Of a stretch of DNA of 64,000 bases, positions 61,056 to 64,000 are shown piece by piece. The number at the start of each line of letters is the position of its first letter. Position 1 is the stretch's first letter. Origin of the DNA: an uncultured Rhizobiaceae bacterium (GTDB lineage: Bacteria > Pseudomonadota > Alphaproteobacteria > UBA7879 > VGCX01); NCBI GenBank assembly GCA_964350815.1, contig CAYGKW010000001.1, positions 156,120 to 220,119 on the forward strand, given 5' to 3'. A program made the translations under genes and the position numbers. The notes beneath the pieces are model-generated. The model was not told the DNA's origin. It did not search any database and was given only the letters and a program-made list of their open reading frames with translations.

Positions 61056-61963
61056 GAGAACGCTTTTCAAATCTTTTAACCAAAGCCGCAAAGGAAGATG
61101 AACGCATCTTGTTATTAACAGGGGATCACGGCTATGCTTTGTTTGATGAATTTCGAAGCGCTTACCCAGATCGTTTTATAAATTGTGGGATTGCAGAACA
61201 AAATATGCTTGGTGTAGCTGCCGGTCTAGCAAAATCGGGCTTTCGGCCAATCGTTTATGGTTTAGCTGCCTTTGTTCCTATACGTGTTTTAGAACAGATA
61301 AAAATTGATATTTGCTATGAAAAATTGCCTATAATAATTATTGGGGATGGTGCAGGGGTCGTCTATGGACACTTAGGAACTAGTCACCAATGCAATGAAG
61401 ATGTTGCAGCCCTAAGGGCTGTTCCAAATATAAATATTTATACTCCGAGTGACCGTGCTGAATTGAACTATTGCTTTCACCATATGCTTGAATCGGCCAC
61501 CCCCTCTTATCTTCGTTTTGGTAAATCTGATCTTGGGGATGTTCACCAAGAAATTCCTAATGCACCTCAAGGTGATCCTATTGAGGTTATAAATAATAAA
61601 TCTGAAAATGCAATTATTGCTTCTGGATCTATGGTAAAACCATCCTTATCAGTATCAGAAAAAATAGGTAATATTGACGTTTGGAGTATGCCTATTATTA
61701 CACCAACTAATAAAGAAAAAATAATGGGAATTCTAACTCGTTATCAAAATGTTTATACTATGGAAGAGCATTCTATTCATGGAGGCATTGGGAGCCTTAT
61801 TTCTGAAATATCTGCGCAAATGGAAAACCCCGTACGTGTAATTTCATTTGGTATTGAAAATAAGTTTTCAGATTATTGTGGAGATTATTACTATCTAATG
61901 CAAACACATGGCTTGGATGTTAAAAGTCTAATCGATAAAATTCAAAGTCTTTCTTTAAAATAA
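61052..61963 (+). CDS. Transketolase, C-terminal (pyrimidine-binding) subunit
   Basis: 303 aa. GIAEQNMLGVAAGLA and GxxGxSHQ match the transketolase Pyr domain and C-terminus. Overlaps the upstream subunit by 4 nt. Confidence 0.85.
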   Translation: MRERFSNLLTKAAKEDERILLLTGDHGYALFDEFRSAYPDRFINCGIAEQNMLGVAAGLAKSGFRPIVYGLAAFVPIRVLEQIKIDICYEKLPIIIIGDGAGVVYGHLGTSHQCNEDVAALRAVPNINIYTPSDRAELNYCFHHMLESATPSYLRFGKSDLGDVHQEIPNAPQGDPIEVINNKSENAIIASGSMVKPSLSVSEKIGNIDVWSMPIITPTNKEKIMGILTRYQNVYTMEEHSIHGGIGSLISEISAQMENPVRVISFGIENKFSDYCGDYYYLMQTHGLDVKSLIDKIQSLSLK

Positions 61964-62049
61964 AGTATAGAGAAATTTTATATAAATATTTTTTATTACA
62001 CCTAACTTTATAATCTTTACTTTACAGAAAATACATGTACGGGAAAAAA

Positions 62050-62185
62050 GGTGCTTTAGGGTTCAGGAGCGTTTAATTTTTATGTTGATATTTTAATAGA
62101 AAAGCATAGAATAGGCTATGCTATTAAGAAAATAGATGATGAGTAATTTGTCAAAATTTAGGGAAGACTATAAAAATTTAAATAA
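62050..62185 (+). repeat. Leader repeat (copy 2): diverged duplicate of the promoter and 5' stub of the 52155 gene
   Basis: Encodes MMSNLSKFREDYKNL..., then diverges and terminates after about 32 codons. Confidence 0.6.
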
Positions 62186-62271
62186 TAAATGTGAGAATAC
62201 TTATATCTCTAATCTATGAGAAATAAGTAAACTCAATTTAAATTAGTTATCTGGTACAGCCCCAAACTTAA

Positions 62272-62850
62272 TTATATCAGCCCAAGTTCGTATTCGATGG
62301 CATTGCAAAGCATTTGCCCAATCATAATATGCATTTCTTGAATTCGTGCTGTTGTATTTGAGGGAACGATCAATAGAGGGCCTTTAATATCTTTGATATC
62401 TCCACCATCTTTACCACTTAAGGCACCATATTTAATACCCATTTTATCGGCTTGTTCAAAAGCCTTGATAACATTTGGGCTTTTGCCAGATGTGGTTATT
62501 CCAATAATAAAATCTTCGGGTTTTGCAAGGGCCTCGATTTGTCTTGAAAATAAAAATTCAAAACCAAAATCATTTCCAATTGCTGTTAAAGCAGACGTAT
62601 CTGTACTTAAAGAAATTGCTGCAATAGCCACACGGTTTTCTTTATAGCGAACAGTTAATTCTGTTGCTAGGTGCTGTGCGTCTGATGCAGATCCGCCATT
62701 CCCCATAAGAATTATTTTTCCGCCTTTTTTAAGAGCAGATACACAAGTGTTAACCAATGAATAAAAACTATCTTCGACAGCTTTTTCAGTATCATTTAAA
62801 ACTTTCTGGTGTTCTAAAAATTCTGATTTGTAAAATTCTTTAAGATTCAT
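62272..62850 (-). CDS. gmhA: Phosphoheptose isomerase (SIS domain)
   Basis: 192 aa, GKIILMGNGGSASDAQHLATEL... typical of GmhA. Confidence 0.85.
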   Translation of the reverse strand: MNLKEFYKSEFLEHQKVLNDTEKAVEDSFYSLVNTCVSALKKGGKIILMGNGGSASDAQHLATELTVRYKENRVAIAAISLSTDTSALTAIGNDFGFEFLFSRQIEALAKPEDFIIGITTSGKSPNVIKAFEQADKMGIKYGALSGKDGGDIKDIKGPLLIVPSNTTARIQEMHIMIGQMLCNAIEYELGLI

Positions 62851-63608
62851 TTTTCACCTATTTTATTTTTAGTTGCGTTAAAATATTTAGGGCCAAGAGT
62901 TTTAATGTCACCAAATTCTTTAACCTTGCCTTTTTCCAAAATAAGTATTTTATTACACATTTCATAAACAAGTTCTTTGCTGTGGGAAACAAAAAGGAGA
63001 ATACTGGAATTTTCCACAAGTTCCATCATTTTTTTTCTGGCTTTTTCAATAAATTTTTTATCCCCAGCCCCAAAAAACTCATCAATCAACAAAATGTCAG
63101 AACTCATAAAGCTAATGACAGAAAAAGCCAAACGTACGCGCATTCCAGAAGAATAGGTGCGAACAGGTATATTTACAAAATTTCCCAACTCTGAAAATTC
63201 TATGATTTTATCCATGCGGGTTTCTATTTGTTTTTTCGTAGCCCCCAAGACATAGGACATACAAAATATATTTTGAATGCCTGTTAATTCATCATTCATT
63301 CCCAAGGTAATATCCAATAATGTTGAGATTTTTCCTTCCACCTTTATTTGGCCTGAAGACGGTTCATAAATACCTGCAACTGTCCTTAGGAATGTTGACT
63401 TTCCTGCACCATTTCCGCCCACGATTGCCACACGGTCACCATGGTTAAACTCTAGAGTAATATCATTCAAAGCATGGATTGAAACATCTTTTCCAGATTC
63501 AATCCTACCGCCTGTTGCAGCTTTAAGTAATTTCAAACGAAAATCGTTTGCACTTACATCATAAAGTGGATAGTGGAGGTTGACCTTATCTAGAATAATT
63601 TTTGACAT
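62847..63608 (-). CDS. Polysaccharide-export ABC transporter ATP-binding protein (KpsT/Wzt-like)
   Basis: Walker A GGNGAGKST, signature YSSGMRVRLAF and Walker B ILLIDE. 253 aa, with no extra C-terminal domain. Confidence 0.8.
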   Translation of the reverse strand: MSKIILDKVNLHYPLYDVSANDFRLKLLKAATGGRIESGKDVSIHALNDITLEFNHGDRVAIVGGNGAGKSTFLRTVAGIYEPSSGQIKVEGKISTLLDITLGMNDELTGIQNIFCMSYVLGATKKQIETRMDKIIEFSELGNFVNIPVRTYSSGMRVRLAFSVISFMSSDILLIDEFFGAGDKKFIEKARKKMMELVENSSILLFVSHSKELVYEMCNKILILEKGKVKEFGDIKTLGPKYFNATKNKIGEK

Positions 63609-63612
63609 TTAA

Positions 63613-64000
63613 TTATATCCAATAAATAACTCTGTGCCTAAACCTAGAAAACACCATAAAAGCAAAAAGTGAAATTATAAAGGTTAAAGCAGCAGCTAAA
63701 GATAGTTCAATAATTCCTATTGGTTGGCCTAACAAAGGCTTTCTAAGAAGATCAAGAAAAATGGCAAAGGGGTTTAAGTAAACTAAATAATATTTACTTC
63801 CAAACTGAGAGGCATCCCATAAAACCGGAGTAACCAGCATTCCTACTGACATTAAAGATTTTACTAAAGGTCCAAAGTCTCTGAACCTTGCAACAACAAA
63901 ACTTAAAATCAAACTTACGCCTATTGCTGCCACCAAAGTAAGTATCAACGCTGGAAGAAAAAAAAGGGTATAAAAATTTGGCCAGTTGCCCACAAGAATC
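63613..64000 (-). CDS. ABC-2 type polysaccharide-export permease (KpsM/Wzm-like), partial; continues beyond the window end
   Basis: Hydrophobic ABC-2 C-terminal region immediately upstream of the ATPase gene. The ORF is open to the window edge. Confidence 0.6.
   Translation of the reverse strand, partial: ILVGNWPNFYTLFFLPALILTLVAAIGVSLILSFVVARFRDFGPLVKSLMSVGMLVTPVLWDASQFGSKYYLVYLNPFAIFLDLLRKPLLGQPIGIIELSLAAALTFIISLFAFMVFSRFRHRVIYWI

Overview
This is a low-GC (about 35%) bacterial chromosomal segment, possibly from an intracellular or symbiont-type proteobacterium; that guess rests on composition only. Reading left to right, the window holds nine blocks.

1. A tightly packed minus-strand four-gene operon (41..5325) encodes a vWA protein, a PP2C phosphatase, a 921-aa Hanks-type Ser/Thr kinase and a zinc-ribbon protein. 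This is a TerY-P-like phospho-switch triad plus a fourth gene, divergently transcribed from the next block.

2. A type VI secretion (T6SS-i) gene cluster follows (5567..20485). It encodes TssB, TssC, Hcp, a second Hcp-like protein, TssE, TssF, TssG, ClpV, VgrG, a MORN/YwqK-like repeat protein, a DUF4280 PAAR-like protein, a SPOR-domain protein and a TssJ-like lipoprotein. No TssA, TssK, TssL or TssM gene is present in the cluster.

3. Housekeeping genes lie at 20488..35620 (ligA, recN, bamD, sodB, ubiH-like, dsbA-like, nadK, mreBCD-mrdA-rodA).

4. A tRNA-Lys(CUU) gene lies at 35698..35773.

5. A roughly 14.2-kb integrated P4/PICI-like island (35774..49985) follows, bounded by a perfect 47-bp repeat of the tRNA 3' half.
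- It encodes an integrase, an AlpA-type regulator, a TOPRIM primase fused to a P-loop helicase beside an iteron-like array, and a TerS-like protein.
- Its cargo is a 2109-aa polymorphic toxin ending in a WHH (HNH-superfamily) nuclease domain, with a SUKH-1 (SMI1/KNR4) immunity gene.
- An orphan fragment of an older toxin copy and several genes of unknown function are also present.

6. A decayed region (50169..51703) holds a frameshifted beta-lactamase-family pseudogene and an IS6-family transposase remnant.

7. A roughly 10-kb polysaccharide-modification locus (52155..61963) is bracketed by diverged direct repeats of its own promoter and 5' end. It combines a GT-C/GT2/small-flippase trio with a CDP-dideoxyhexose pathway (RfbF, RfbG, a ColD/E1-like 3-dehydratase, an aminotransferase, a GNAT) and a split transketolase.

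8. The window ends with gmhA and a capsule/O-antigen-type ABC exporter.

The strongest candidates for new biology are the TerY-P-like operon abutting an incomplete T6SS, the tRNA-integrated island with its giant WHH-nuclease toxin cassette (a 21-bp repeat lies 290 bp upstream of the toxin and again at the 3' end of its orphan fragment), and the transketolase-containing CDP-sugar pathway.
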